DNA of 63,944 bases, counting the filler, from Octopus bimaculoides (lineage: Eukaryota), in the NCBI RefSeq assembly GCF_001194135.2. It is 5 parts of 5 records of this genome, joined end to end, with 100 filler letters (N's around TTAATTAATTAA, not from the genome) between each part and the next. Parts side by side here need not be neighbours in the genome. Positions count along the whole stretch, not along the records: positions 1 to 27,672 come from NC_068981.1; 4 more parts are not named here. One strand, 5' to 3'. Shown here piece after piece: positions 12,871-24,668 of this stretch; position 1 is the first letter of the stretch; the number at the start of each line of letters is the position of its first letter. The position numbers and the translations under genes are program-made. The notes beneath the pieces were generated by a model. It worked only from the letters and a program-made list of their open reading frames with translations. It was not told the origin of the DNA and ran no database searches.

Positions 12871-15599
12871 TCCGTTATTCCTACCAGTATATGTACATAT
12901 GTATACATATATAAATACATAGATACACACGCATACATACATATNNNNNNNNNNNNNNNNNNNNNNNNNNNNNNNNNNNNNNNNNNNNNNNNNNNNNNNN
13001 NNNNATATATATATTCACCTATATAAATTTGTCTTTTAATAAATCATTTTGGGACTCTAATATTCAACTAAGCAATTACTCGTTTTCCCTTGATATTATG
13101 AAAGTCAATAATTTTGAACCTGACATTCAATACCTTGTTGGTGTTCTATATATTCACATTTTCGATAGTATATAAATAGATTTAATATCCAGTAACGTAA
13201 AGTGTAATTATTACCCATAACAAAATCAGATTCCTGATAATATTAAGACTTATCTATATTTTAGAATCAACTAATGTCGGTTTTCTTTACAGATACGCTA
13301 GCATTCTCTAAATACTTTCTTTGTTTCCAAATATGTGTCCGTTTGTCGGTGTCCCTGTCACGAAAAAGAAGTAATAGAAAAAAATAATCAAATTCGCAAA
13401 AACATACACAGATAAGTATGTATGTTTGATAGACTTCACACAGACATACCAAAACAAAAAGACATTGTTAATGGTGAATTTTAGAAAAGTCTCAGTGATT
13501 TGATTAATGCATTTGTCTAGAGAATTGCAATTTTTTAAGTAGAATATCAAGCCGACGCTAGCGGTCTCTCTTCTCGTTTGCACATCCCCAGAGTATAAAT
13601 AATTGGAATTATATAAACATGCGGAATAAATTTTAATTTAGAGGGAAAGACATAGAGGAGAAAAATCAACAACTGTAAGATGTATATTCCACTCTGTTAC
13701 AGTTATTAGTTACCTGACGGTGACAAAGATATATAGCTTTTAGATTTTCCCGTCTTTATTCTTCCAAATTTTCCATTGTTTGTAAAGATTTATGTCTCCG
13801 GCCATATAATTCAAATTTACATAATTATTTATTTATTTAAATATGATGTAACTTCACTATAAAGTTAATGATTGTGTTTCAAGTTATACTGAAATTCATA
13901 TTTTTAGAAAAGTTTTGTCTTCATTAGTCAGTTAAGTGAAGGGCAAACTCCAATGTTCCTATAAAAACTCATTGAAATTTGAGTGGATGTAGTCGTTAAT
14001 CCAAATTATGTTAAACTGAACCTCTTGGAAGAATAATGTAAACAGAAAGGTAATTGCTGGAGAGATATGAATAAAAGAATGGAGAAAATGTTAAGTGCGT
14101 GATCTAGAGATACTTATTATTGTTTGGATGAAGAAAGAAATGTATACATTTGAAAGCAGAATTACTTCAAATGAGTAGATACTATTTTATTAGTAGTACA
14201 ATGGCCCTTAGACGAATAACAAAATGAAAATTGTTATTGTGGATTTGCTTATCTCTAAGATAGCATATTTGAAATGGGATCGAACCATCCGGTCAGTGAG
14301 TGGCAACGTACGCTATTACTAATATAGATTTCTAGCTTTGATGCAAAGTCAAACATTTATAGTTAAAAATGTATACGATTGAATCTATCAAAGTATGTCT
14401 ACTTCAACTTAGTTTCATCAAACTTCGAGATATAGAAGATAAATTCTAGTTGTATTCGAATTTAGAACATAAAGGAAAAATAACTAGATGCCAGTTCTCT
14501 ATCGTTTCTGTCCCTCACTTCACCTTTTCCACTTCTCAATATTGTTAATATAGAAACTGTACTACATGCCATTGTTTGCTCATTCTTTATAAAGTGTTTA
14601 TTAACTTAAAACCAAAATTATTATTCTCTTTCAAAAAAAAAACCTAATTTCTCCGATATTGTTTTACGAGAAAGGCCATATGAAGTCAGCTAATAAGTGA
14701 AAGGATTACTGATTTTTATACGAAATTGTTTATGAGCAATAGAATAATTTTGATTTATATAGGTGATAAATTTGTATTTACGTTACCAGATAATGAGAAT
14801 CAATTTCACGGTTGAGCGCCAGTTCTTTTTAACGATGAGTGTTTAAGTAAGGCCTGTGATATTAGGATTGTAAGTTAAATATGGAGGATTGTCATCATCG
14901 TAGGTGATCGTAGGTTGAAGCATGAGAGGGGAAATATCTTATGCAGAGAAAAAGAAGTGTGTTAAAAGCGAATAAATTCGTGAAGAAGACTAGATTTTGT
15001 CCTTTTTTCACAAGATGCAATAGAGCGTTCAATTAAAATTCCATGGCCTAAATAATTAAGTTAGATGTAGCTAATAATTCTTCGTTTTACGTTGCAAAAT
15101 TTTAGTGAGACTTCACTGAAGCTCTTGCCGATGTTTTAGGATGGAGACTATATTTCCAAATTCCTCTAAAACACAGCAACTTTGATGAAAACCTGCAGTA
15201 AACTTTCTTTTTAAAAGGTCATATTTCTGATCGTATTAAATAGATATGAATTAAATATTCTACAGACCATCATTATCAATAATTGTCTCCTATAATTGAA
15301 GTAGGTGAAATCGATCAGTAAACGTGGCGGTCAGATATGAGCGAAGTATATAATTTATGCTGCAATATTCAATATGAATATCAATTTAGTACAATGAGTT
15401 TCTCAGTGATAGTTGGAGTATTTTTAAGAACGATGAATCAACCAGTTTAATGAGAAGCATATTTTATCGATACAAAACTCTGTTAATATCCTAGTGGTAG
15501 ACTAATATCAATAAACATCAATAGTTTTACGTATAGCGTATCTGTCATATTCACAATATAAAAATAGTAGTTATAATAGGAAGTTTAATAATAGTTGTA

Positions 15600-16952
15600 G
15601 CAATATTGTGGCGAGCTGGTAGAACCTTTAGAGAACGAGGAAGGAGAACTGGTTTGAGACCACACAGAATGTCCTTCTCCATGTAAAACCTGAACATCTG
15701 GAAAGGATCACAGATCTCATTTTCCAGACGAATGAGGTCTGGGGTCTTAGTGCAAGTAAAGGTGGAAAGCAAAAGACCGGGATTTGTGTATAAAACCATC
15801 GATCATCTCAGAGTTTTCTGCTAACACAATCAAAACACCAACAACAAACAACAACAGAGGTATGAGTAACAGCTTCAGTGAGGGTTCAAAAGGGCAATAA
15901 TAACAGACCAACATCGTTAGTAACAGCCACAACATCAGTAAAGGCGGCATCATCAGTAAAGCCAATGTGGAAACAGCAACAACAGCAGTACAAACATCAT
16001 CATCATCTAATACGTCAGCAATAGCGACTGTGATGACGGAAAATAACGAATACAACGCAATAATCGCCATCGGGGAGTGTATCCCACTCCAGCAAATTTT
16101 TTCTCTTCCTTCCCTTGTTCCTCTAGCTTCGACATGCATAAAGACATAAACACACAGGAAAACATACCCTGATCTGTCTGAGTCGAAGTTTTCCGAACAA
16201 ACAGTCGACTGTGACAAGGAGTGGGGAGCTAAAGAAAAAAGCAACTAACAGAAAAACAACAAAACACAAAACAGACATAGAGATAGGTGGGAAGGACTAC
16301 AATAAAAAGTAAAGTGAAAGTTCCTAACGAATTAAAACTGGTAAAGCTGACACCTGACAAGAATAGGAAAATTAGAGAGTTTCAATCATGAAAGTGAAAA
16401 CGACCTGGAACAGGATCCTTTAAAGATTCCCTAAGAAAACTCATAAAGAGAAGAGGTTGTGACACTCTCGATTTCCAGCTGGTTAAGCCAATAAGGAAAG
16501 GGATTCCCTTTCCGTTTTCCTTTCTTTCTTACAAACATGACAACTTTAAGAAAGATTTGCATAAATGCACGTGACACATTTCTCTTCAACCAAGCCCTCA
16601 TGCACTTCTTTGTGTTCTATTTTATAACGATGGTGAGGTTGGACAGCATGTGCTGGATGTAGTGAGGATAGCCTGAATGAGAAGCCTACTCTAAGTTTGT
16701 TCCTGTAAGCTGGAAAAAACGGACGGGAGAGAAGTGTTTCCCCTGGTGCCCTTGGCGGTCGGGCAGATCCAGGATTAGTGGTGTTCCGTGGTTATCTTTG
16801 GGTGCTGCATACTATTCGTGAATTTTTTATCATCAGTTTTCTGGTTTTCATCGTTTTATTGTTTACGCACGTATATGTAAATCCCAACTGTCTTATGCCG
16901 TTGTACTGCCTGAAATATATTTTGCAGCCCTTGTGGCTAATAAAGAAAATAT
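15600..16952 (+). mobile_element. Tx1/L1-clade LINE derivative: eroded ORF1 plus ORF2 start fused to ORF2 end, with 3' tail
   Basis: ORF1-like KENWFETTQNVLLHVKPEHLERITDLIF, then VKVESKRPGFVYKTIDHLRVFC (eroded CX2CX4HX4C knuckle) and a Q/T/A-rich linker. ATG at 16537 gives MTTLRKICINARD joined to TFLFNQALMHFFVFY..VRL. Ends with CAGCCCTTGTGGCTAATAAAGAAA. Confidence 0.65.
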
Positions 16953-18724
16953 GATCACGACTGGAAGTGAAGTGTCACTTATTTGATATTTTTCATTTGT
17001 AACTTTTGTTTGTTAATTATTTCTACTGTCGAAATCAAAATAGGAATTATCTTAACACTTATGAATGTCGATACAGTTTTCCTATCCCTTTTGAAGTTGT
17101 ATATTGTATTTGTTTCATCTTTCTGACTCGCTCTACTGTCACTTCACAGCTATGACTATAATCATTCTTGTCGTTTTCATCAACCACACGTCACATGGCT
17201 GTTAAAATTCTGCAGACTTTTAATGACGTTCTCGTTCACCTGATAACACTTTTGTTGATATGTTGAGACTATTTCTCCTGCTACTGAGATCTTCTCAAAG
17301 TTCATCGTTCAGTGAGTAACTCAACCAATGTAGATATAACTAAAGTGGTTTATATTTACTTTTAGATATATTCTTCAATTCACATATAACGTGAATATTA
17401 TTCTCTTTCTCATAAATTTGAGGAAAAATTTATAGTTTGCTTAAGTGGAACTTAATGCAATTTAGTAGCAGGATTTGTTACCTCCTTTAGAGATCAAAGG
17501 TTCAACCTTAGTCTTTAAATTGATCTTCTTTAACCATCGCCTGGATCCTTCGACTTCGGTCTTCTCTCATTTACTTACTCTTTCTCTTCCTTTCTTTTTC
17601 TCTCTCTCCCTCTCTCCTTCTCTTTGTTTCTTGAAAATAATATATTCTAATTTTCTATATTTTCGTTCAATTTTTTGTATTCTCTTTCTACGCCTCGTTT
17701 TCTTTACTTTTTTCAATGATCTATGATCCTTTTGTTCTTTTAATAAGCAATTTTGAACAGTTCATGTATCAACCAAAACTATTCTCGTCCTTTCATTTAT
17801 TCTTCACTTCTTTTTATAGCTATCTTTGTATCTATAATTCATCAATGCAGCTGTTCAGAAGGAATATACTGCATGTTTTCAATAGTTTTCTTATTCCCGC
17901 TAAACTATTATGTGATTCAATTCTCTATTTTTTTATATAGATTTTTACAATTTCTCCGTCAGGTAATTGCGCCTTTCTAAAATCAAATACTTCTCTTTAC
18001 AAACGAGCCAATGAGGTCAATCGATCAACTGAAAATAACTCAATTTACATCAAATTACATTGTAAAATCTTAAAAATGGAAGCATTTGATAATGTAGTCT
18101 TAGATAGACTATGTCTAAAGAAAAGACTATTTAGTCGTGGCTAGAAATTCTTTGATCATAAGTTTTCTCCATACGGGTTGACCTGAGGCTAAACAATCCT
18201 TTTTGCATCACCAATAATCCAAACTTCTTCAAAAGTAAATTGCATGCAAAGTAGATAAATTGATTTCATTAATTATTCACTATTTTCAAATAATTCAGAT
18301 ACAATAAAAAGTTTAGAGTTATCATTAAGTTATCATAAACTACCATCCTAATATATTCCACTTTTGATGTTTATGTTCTGAAGGCGTTCTTCATAAATAT
18401 AAACTCTGATTTTCAGAATGTCTTACGCTTAACGCTGACATATTTCTGGCTTCAATGTATGGCTATATATTCCGTCTTTTTAACTATAATGCCTAGTTAC
18501 TTTAATATTTCGCGGGGTGTGGGGTAATATTTTAAACAAAAGAGAATGCGTAGTGCCCATTAACGCATATTTGGTCTCTATCGCTAGAATTGAGCCTTGG
18601 CTTGAATGTTTGCAACAGAGAACTCCCTGGATGCATCTAAGCGTTGGGTGGTGGTGATGACAGATCAAGTCTGATATCCAATAACAGGAATTGCGTCTCC
18701 GATGTGTTTGCACAGTTTCAGTAT

Positions 18725-18850
18725 CGCAAATTTCACCCACAAAGATTTTGGCTGATCCACGGCTATGGCCGTAAATACTTTCCCTAGGTGCTGCGCATTG
18801 GATTCAAATCGTGTCAACGGAGTTATGAAGCGAACTCCTTGACTATCGAT
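18725..18850 (-). mobile_element. Diverged OR-like SINE 5' half
   Basis: Matches the reverse complement of the OR head/core (..CACAAAG..TTTGG..GGCTAT..CCCTAGGTGC..). Confidence 0.55.
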
Positions 18851-19615
18851 TCAGTGACTTGTGTCGTTTCATTGATTCGTGCAAAGTTTCATAATACTGT
18901 GAAATCTTCAGCCTCTTTCCTAATAATAGTGCTCACACAAAAATAAGATATGATACTCCCATAACATAGTCTATCTATGACACACTTAGGATTTCAAATG
19001 TTATTCCTGTATGCTATCAATATCGTTTTTTACTTTCAGAGAATCACATTTTCCCCAACAAAACCAGGGGTATGTTTAGCCGTTCAGGTATTCATCGAAT
19101 ATGTTGCCGTCTTAGACTTTGTCTTCAATCAGAACTACAAACAAATGCTGGGTTAATAGATACAGACATGGAACTATAGCGAAAATGGAGTTTATTTGTC
19201 GTTGGTGATGGTACTGCTGACATTATTGCAATTATTGTTTCTGTATGTTTTCCCTTACAGCTTTTCGCCACGTTTCTCTGGAATATTCGTTCAAAGAGCT
19301 TTTAGATACTTAAAGATTGGCTGACAGACTTTGACTTATCTACTCTTTAACCACGTAACTTACACATCTCGTAATTTATTGCTATCAACTGAAGACCAAT
19401 AAGACGAAGTCAATGGTGTGACTGCATGTGAAAAAGTTATCAGTTTTGAGAAGTATTATCTGAAAGTACTCGGAAGAGAAATGCAAGAGAGCTTGTCATT
19501 GGTACAGGTCATTGCTCTTGATACTTTAATGTTTTGTATGTTTGTTTTTTATGGAAGACAGTAAACTCACATGTGTAACAGTTTTCTACCGTCTAAGAAC
19601 AGTTCTAAGGAATGG

Positions 19616-19731
19616 CGTCTTTGAATTGTTTAATTTGTGACATATTTTTAATACGTTATTATTTACGCCTACACGTCTTTGAATTGTTTAATTTGTGACA
19701 TATTTTTAATACGTTATTATTTACGCCTACA
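19616..19731. repeat. Perfect 58-bp tandem duplication
   Basis: CGTCTTTGAATTG...TTTACGCCTACA occurs at 19616-19673 and 19674-19731. Confidence 0.97.
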
Positions 19732-20109
19732 TGCTTGGTTAATAATTTTCTCATTACTACTTCCTCAACTACAGTGAAGTCAATACTTCACTGGGAACTA
19801 AAAAGGCCCATACATATCTGGAACTGTCTCTTGTACTTACCGAAAAAAATAAAATGAGGCATAATTATTTCCTAATTAGATTTTTTGATGTTCACTACAT
19901 TAAATATGTCAACATTATTGTTTTTCAGAGGAATGGCTCATCTAAATAATTTATTCTCTTTTACAACATAGCATTTTCACACCTTACTCGTTAACATACA
20001 TATACTTGGTGATTCTTTCGTCACTACCTCAGCAGATATAGTGACGTCTATGCTTCGTTGGGAGGATGTTTACTAAGGAGATGGAAATATTAACCACCTC
20101 TTAAGGGAA

Positions 20110-20730
20110 TGCAGTAAATTAGCACAAAAAGGGTATAAACACAGGAATGACTAGAACTGACTTTCCTCAGAATCTAACAAATACAGAATGTGTAGTCAAA
20201 CTGGAGAAACACTGTAGCATGTTTTTGAGCTAATGCAGGTAATTGGCCCCAAGAGAATATAAAAGAAGTCATGACCATGTTGCTAAAATGGTTTAATGGA
20301 ACTATATAACAAGTTTAGATTGTAAGGAATGATAAAATGGTTGGGGTAGAAATGACAGAAAAAGATACCTTGGGACATCATGATTTATTATGATCATGGA
20401 GTCAAAAATCGGAAATCTGATACGGTACTGGCATACAAGGGAGGCAATTGTACCTGGTGGGACATCACATGTACTAGGAACAGCAGAATCTCTGGAAAAG
20501 GAGAAAACTGGCTAGATAAGAAGCTCTGAAAAGAGAAATCAAAATGGGATGTATTATGTCAATAATCGTGTGTGCCCTGTGTACAGTTAGCAAAGAAATT
20601 ATATACTTACCTTTTTCTACACATGAAAGCAGCTTTTCGACACTACCCACAAACTGACAATGCAGAGACACTGAACATGTGCGAAAAAGCTGTGAAATGT
20701 TGTCAGGCACACACGGCTTGTGCAGTGAGT
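20110..20730 (+). mobile_element. Dong/R4-clade LINE 3' fragment (CCHC finger plus restriction-like endonuclease)
   Basis: Across frameshifts: YRMCSQTGETL*HV, CR*LAPREYKRSHDHVAKMV*WN, KIPWDIMIYYDHGVKNRKSDTVL (RxPD motif), EKEK, SIIVCALCTVSK. Confidence 0.85.
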
Positions 20731-20893
20731 ACCTAGCAATATTTCAGATGTTAAATGATCGACCTTACACTAATAGGCAAAGTGTGAAATAATACGACAA
20801 TGCAAGTTCACTGTCTTTGCTAGTGCATCTGTCCCAGGGTTTACCATCTACGGCATCCCGATACCGTCAGTTGTGTGGATTGAGCAATAAATG

Positions 20894-21078
20894 GACCACC
20901 TGGCAAGGGCCACCTGGCAAGGGCCACCTGGCAAGGGCCACCTGGCAAGGGCCACCTGGCAAGGGCCACCTGGCAAGGACCACCTGGTCAGGAGGACCAC
21001 CTGGTCAGGAGGACCACCTGGTCAGGAGGACCACCTGGTCAGGAAGACCACCTGGTCAGGAGGACCACCTGGCCACCT
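20894..21078. repeat. Two-phase GC-rich minisatellite: 6 x 14-mer G(G/A)CCACCTGGCAAG then 5 x 17-mer GACCACCTGGTCAGGA(G/A)
   Basis: 14-mers at 20894-20977, 17-mers at 20978-21062, partial unit after; no unique spacers. Confidence 0.97.
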
Positions 21079-21099
21079 ATCCAATTGAAAAGAAATGAA

Positions 21100-21482
21100 A
21101 GACCACACGCTTCAAATTGATTAGAAGTTTCCTGGGGCGGAGCAAAATAGACAGGCTGGAGTGATGTAGGTGTTAGACACTGATCTTTCAGCTACAGCTT
21201 TCTCGTAGCCCACGTCTGAATGAGACTGTCTGTTCAGCTCACGATCTATTCAATATTTTTCTCCACTTCGAGACCCTAGTCCAAACATCTTGACTGAGCT
21301 CTGAGTTCAACAACGAGAGTCACTGCTTGTCAGCATGGACTTCTTTTGGAATGTGTTACAATCCCACCTTTCGTTTTGAGTAAATATTTTACTTTTATCC
21401 AAATTTCATTAACTCCTCGATTCCAATTCAAAGAACAGCACGGCTGAGGGATTCACCTGTACATTGTTGTTACTTCTGCTCT

Positions 21483-21521
<39 letters not shown>

Positions 21522-22080
21522 AAGAATTGCTTGTCTCTTTTTCTTATTGTGTTTGTTGTAGCTCCTTTTGCTTTTTTATGTTGTGTTTTATTGTTGATGC
21601 ATATTTGCTTATTTGTTGCTGTTTCTGTTACAGCTGTTGTGGTTTTTGTGATTATTGCTGTTAATTCTTGTTTTTGTAGTTATTTGGTCCATTGAGAGTG
21701 AACTTAAATCCGATATGTATCATCCCAAATCTGTGGCTTTTCCTTTGGATGAAAGCCCCGGCGAAGAGGGGGAAAACTTGCAGTTTCCTTCCAAAAATCT
21801 GGCATACACTTGCTGAGGTATGATAAACATTAACCAACGGAGTCCGTACGTAGCATCAATCTAGCCTAGTTCTTGCGGAACTATTTTGTCCCATATAAAT
21901 GGGATCTTAACAAGTCCCTGAGACTTGGATTTGCTCGTGACCAATGTGAGCATTGCTCTCTGTTGCAGATTGCCACTACTCTCTCAGACCGTCTCTTTTT
22001 AGTTATCTCTCCAGATAATATCTCTTCCAAAGCTTTTTTTCTATTTACAGTGGAGCTAGAAAACTGCAACATCCGATCTT
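21100..22080 (-). mobile_element. Probable eroded Tx1-like ORF1 remnant with (CAG)n/(CAA)n linker
   Basis: ERVVAICNREQCSHW...LLRSHLY followed by Q/T/A-rich low complexity, the same layout as 15600-16952; motifs are heavily degraded. Confidence 0.35.
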
Positions 22081-22134
22081 AGTGATTGATGTACCTGTAC
22101 GGTTTTTATCCTTTTCCATCAACGTCTCCGAATT

Positions 22135-23180
22135 GGTTCAAATTTCCTGCATCAGTATATTTTTGCATGCTAATTATGAAAATGAAATTCATCTTTTACA
22201 AAATTAATAATTAAAAAGTTACAAGCCTTTAAACTTTTGCTAATTTTAGTCAACCAGAAGTCTCTTTTATTGGATTGGCCGGAAGTCATAATTTCCACGT
22301 GTTGACAATAAGAAAATGAAAATATTACGAATCCTTGAAAGACATATATATATATAAAGAATCTAATGAGGAAAATTAAAACACAAGGAAATCCCCCTTT
22401 AAAGATGTAAAATCTAATTAGAACATTATGAAAAAGCATTTAAGAAAAGTTCTGAAATAAAAAGCTCAGTGAACACTGAAATTTTGCAATGCACTCAAAA
22501 CAGTTTTTACAAGTGGTCGCAATTCTCATATCTCCGCTACCACATGAACTCATGCCTACAAGTAAATCATAGGAGGATGAGTGCCACTGCACCGTTTATT
22601 TCCCCAAATGGTTACCACTTGTAACTTATGTGACCCGTCTTGCGAGTTGATAAACCCAATCCAGTGATCCACCATTCTATGCTGAAACTGGTACCTTGGT
22701 GTCTGGTATGTGCACGTATCCTTGCCGGAAATCCAGAAGTCGCTGCATATAGTAGTTCTCAGCAGAACCGACTTTTCAATACACTCCTCCAATGTTTCAC
22801 GATTGCGACGTAGTATAGGATATAGAATTAACTGTTGTGCCTCGCGACACACTCTGCACAGTTGCAATAATTAACAGCTGTGATGTGGCACATGACCAAC
22901 TCCTCCACAACAACAGACAGTATTCAATTTCTTGACCCTGGAATAGTCAAGTAGAGAACTGTAGCACTGAAAGCCCTGAATAATACAGAAAGCAGACAAT
23001 AAACGCTGTTGTTATGAAAACAGACGACACGTATAATAGATAATAGAGGTCTTCGATTGGCTAAAGTTAGCCAAAAATTTCAAACTTTAAAGCATTATGA
23101 CCTTTTTTATTAATTTGCGTAAAAAAAAATGAGCGCCATTTTCGTAATTAGCATGGAAATCAGTGAAGGAAATTTAGTCA
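22135..23180 (-). mobile_element. Merlin (IS1016/ISXO2-like) DNA transposon remnant with ~125-bp imperfect TIRs
   Basis: ORF 22556-22867 gives CREAQQLILYPILRRNRETLEECIEKSVLLRTTICSDFW...HRMVDHWIGFINSQDGSH, matching ISXO2 motifs RxxxTL..I, TTIxSDxW and HxTVNH..FV. 22141-22260 aligns with the reverse complement of 23051-23175. The left end begins GG; no TSD is recognisable. Confidence 0.82.
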
Positions 23181-24142
23181 TAATCAGACACCGCGAACGA
23201 CAATGACAAGATCTAATGGTTGTTTAGATTTGTTGTTGCTGTCGTTGTTGTTGTTGTTCGGTAACGGGATTGCTGGTCACCTCCTTGGGTGGAAGTGTCA
23301 TCACCTTAATGCATGATATTGACCTTGTAATTTTTATTGCTTCGGCTTTTCTTTCGAGTTAATGAAACATCTTTTGAATCACTGCGCGGTTAAAGGTGAA
23401 ATCTGATTTTCTTTTTTTTTTTTTGTTTATTCTTTGTCTCGTCATTGTCGTTCTTGCATTTTTTTTGTTCTTATTGTGACTGCTGCTGATTTGTTCTTGT
23501 TTCTTGTTGTTGTTTTTGCTGCAGCTAATACTACTGCTGTTACAAATGGCAGAGTAAATATTCTTATCCGCATGTCATTGCAGTGACGTCTGTGCAGTAG
23601 TAGTATTTGTTTTTATAGTGACGTCAATACTTTTGGTTGCTATGGCGACAATAATGGTCACTGTTACTATAACACTTGTCCTTTTAAAATATTGTAGAGT
23701 CATTTCTATTTTCTCTCGCTCTCCCTCTGTCTTTCTCTCTCGTCCGTTCTCCCGTTTTCTCTCTCTTGCCCTTTCTCCCATCTCTCTCTCTCTCTCTCTT
23801 TCTCTCCCTCACACTTTGAATTACCTTTTTTTCTCCCCGAAGTACCTTAGCTGAAAACATTCTGATGCTATCATAGGAATCTGTATTTTTTTTTTAATAC
23901 ATTATGAATTTTTAAACATCACTTAACGAGGGAAGTGCATACTAGTGGGGCCGAATAAAAAGGAAAACTATATCCCAAAGTTTCGTAGTTATTGCTCTAC
24001 AAAACTGTGATGCATGCGGATTCCTTTTAGGGCGAAAACGATAAAAAAAATCTTAATGAAACATGTGGGAATACAAAATTCCATGGTGAGTAGGCGAATG
24101 CAAACAACATCAATAACAACAACAATGATAATAATTCTCATT

Positions 24143-24349
24143 AATTTTCGACACAAGTCCAGCAATTTTAAGAAAAGTAGTCAAGTCGATTACATCAACC
24201 GTAGTGTTCAGCTGGTTCTTATGTCATCTTCCTCGAAAGGATGAAAGGCTAAGTTGACCTCAGCAGTATTTGAACACGAACCGAAAAGAGCCGGAAGAAA
24301 TGTTGCTAAGCATTTTTGTCCGACATGGTAAAGACTCAGTTCGCCGCCT
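24143..24349 (-). mobile_element. OK-like SINE
   Basis: AAGTCGATTACATC..GAAAGGATGAAAGG..TTGACCTC..TTTGAAC..CGCCGCCTT. Confidence 0.8.
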
Positions 24350-24390
24350 TTAATAATTCTTTCTGGCACAATGACCAACATTTTGAGCGA

Positions 24391-24594
24391 AGGAGTAAGT
24401 CTATTACATCCACTGGTACTTATTTTATCAGCCCCGGAAAGATGAAAGGCGAAGTCGAACTCGACGTAATTTGAACTCAGAAAGTAAAGACAGATGAAAT
24501 GTCACTGAGTCTTTTGTCCCACGTACTAATGATTCTGCCAGTTTGGTTTATCCTCTCCCCCAATATTACTGGTTTCGTGCCAAAATTTGAAATC

Positions 24595-24651
<57 letters not shown>

Positions 24652-24668
24652 AAGGTAGTGAGCTGGCA
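24391..24668. mobile_element. OK-like SINE pieces (minus-strand body 24391-24541; plus-strand tail, (ATT)n and next head)
   Basis: Body on minus; GTGCCAAAATTTGAAATC tail then (ATT)n 24598-24650 then AAGGTAGTGAGCTGGCAG. Confidence 0.75.

Noticed and set aside
20817-21098. Collagen-like GPPG ORFs, or a CRISPR array
   Set aside because: Units of 14 and 17 bp are not multiples of 3, so there is no sustained Gly-X-Y frame; the repeats are contiguous with no spacers.
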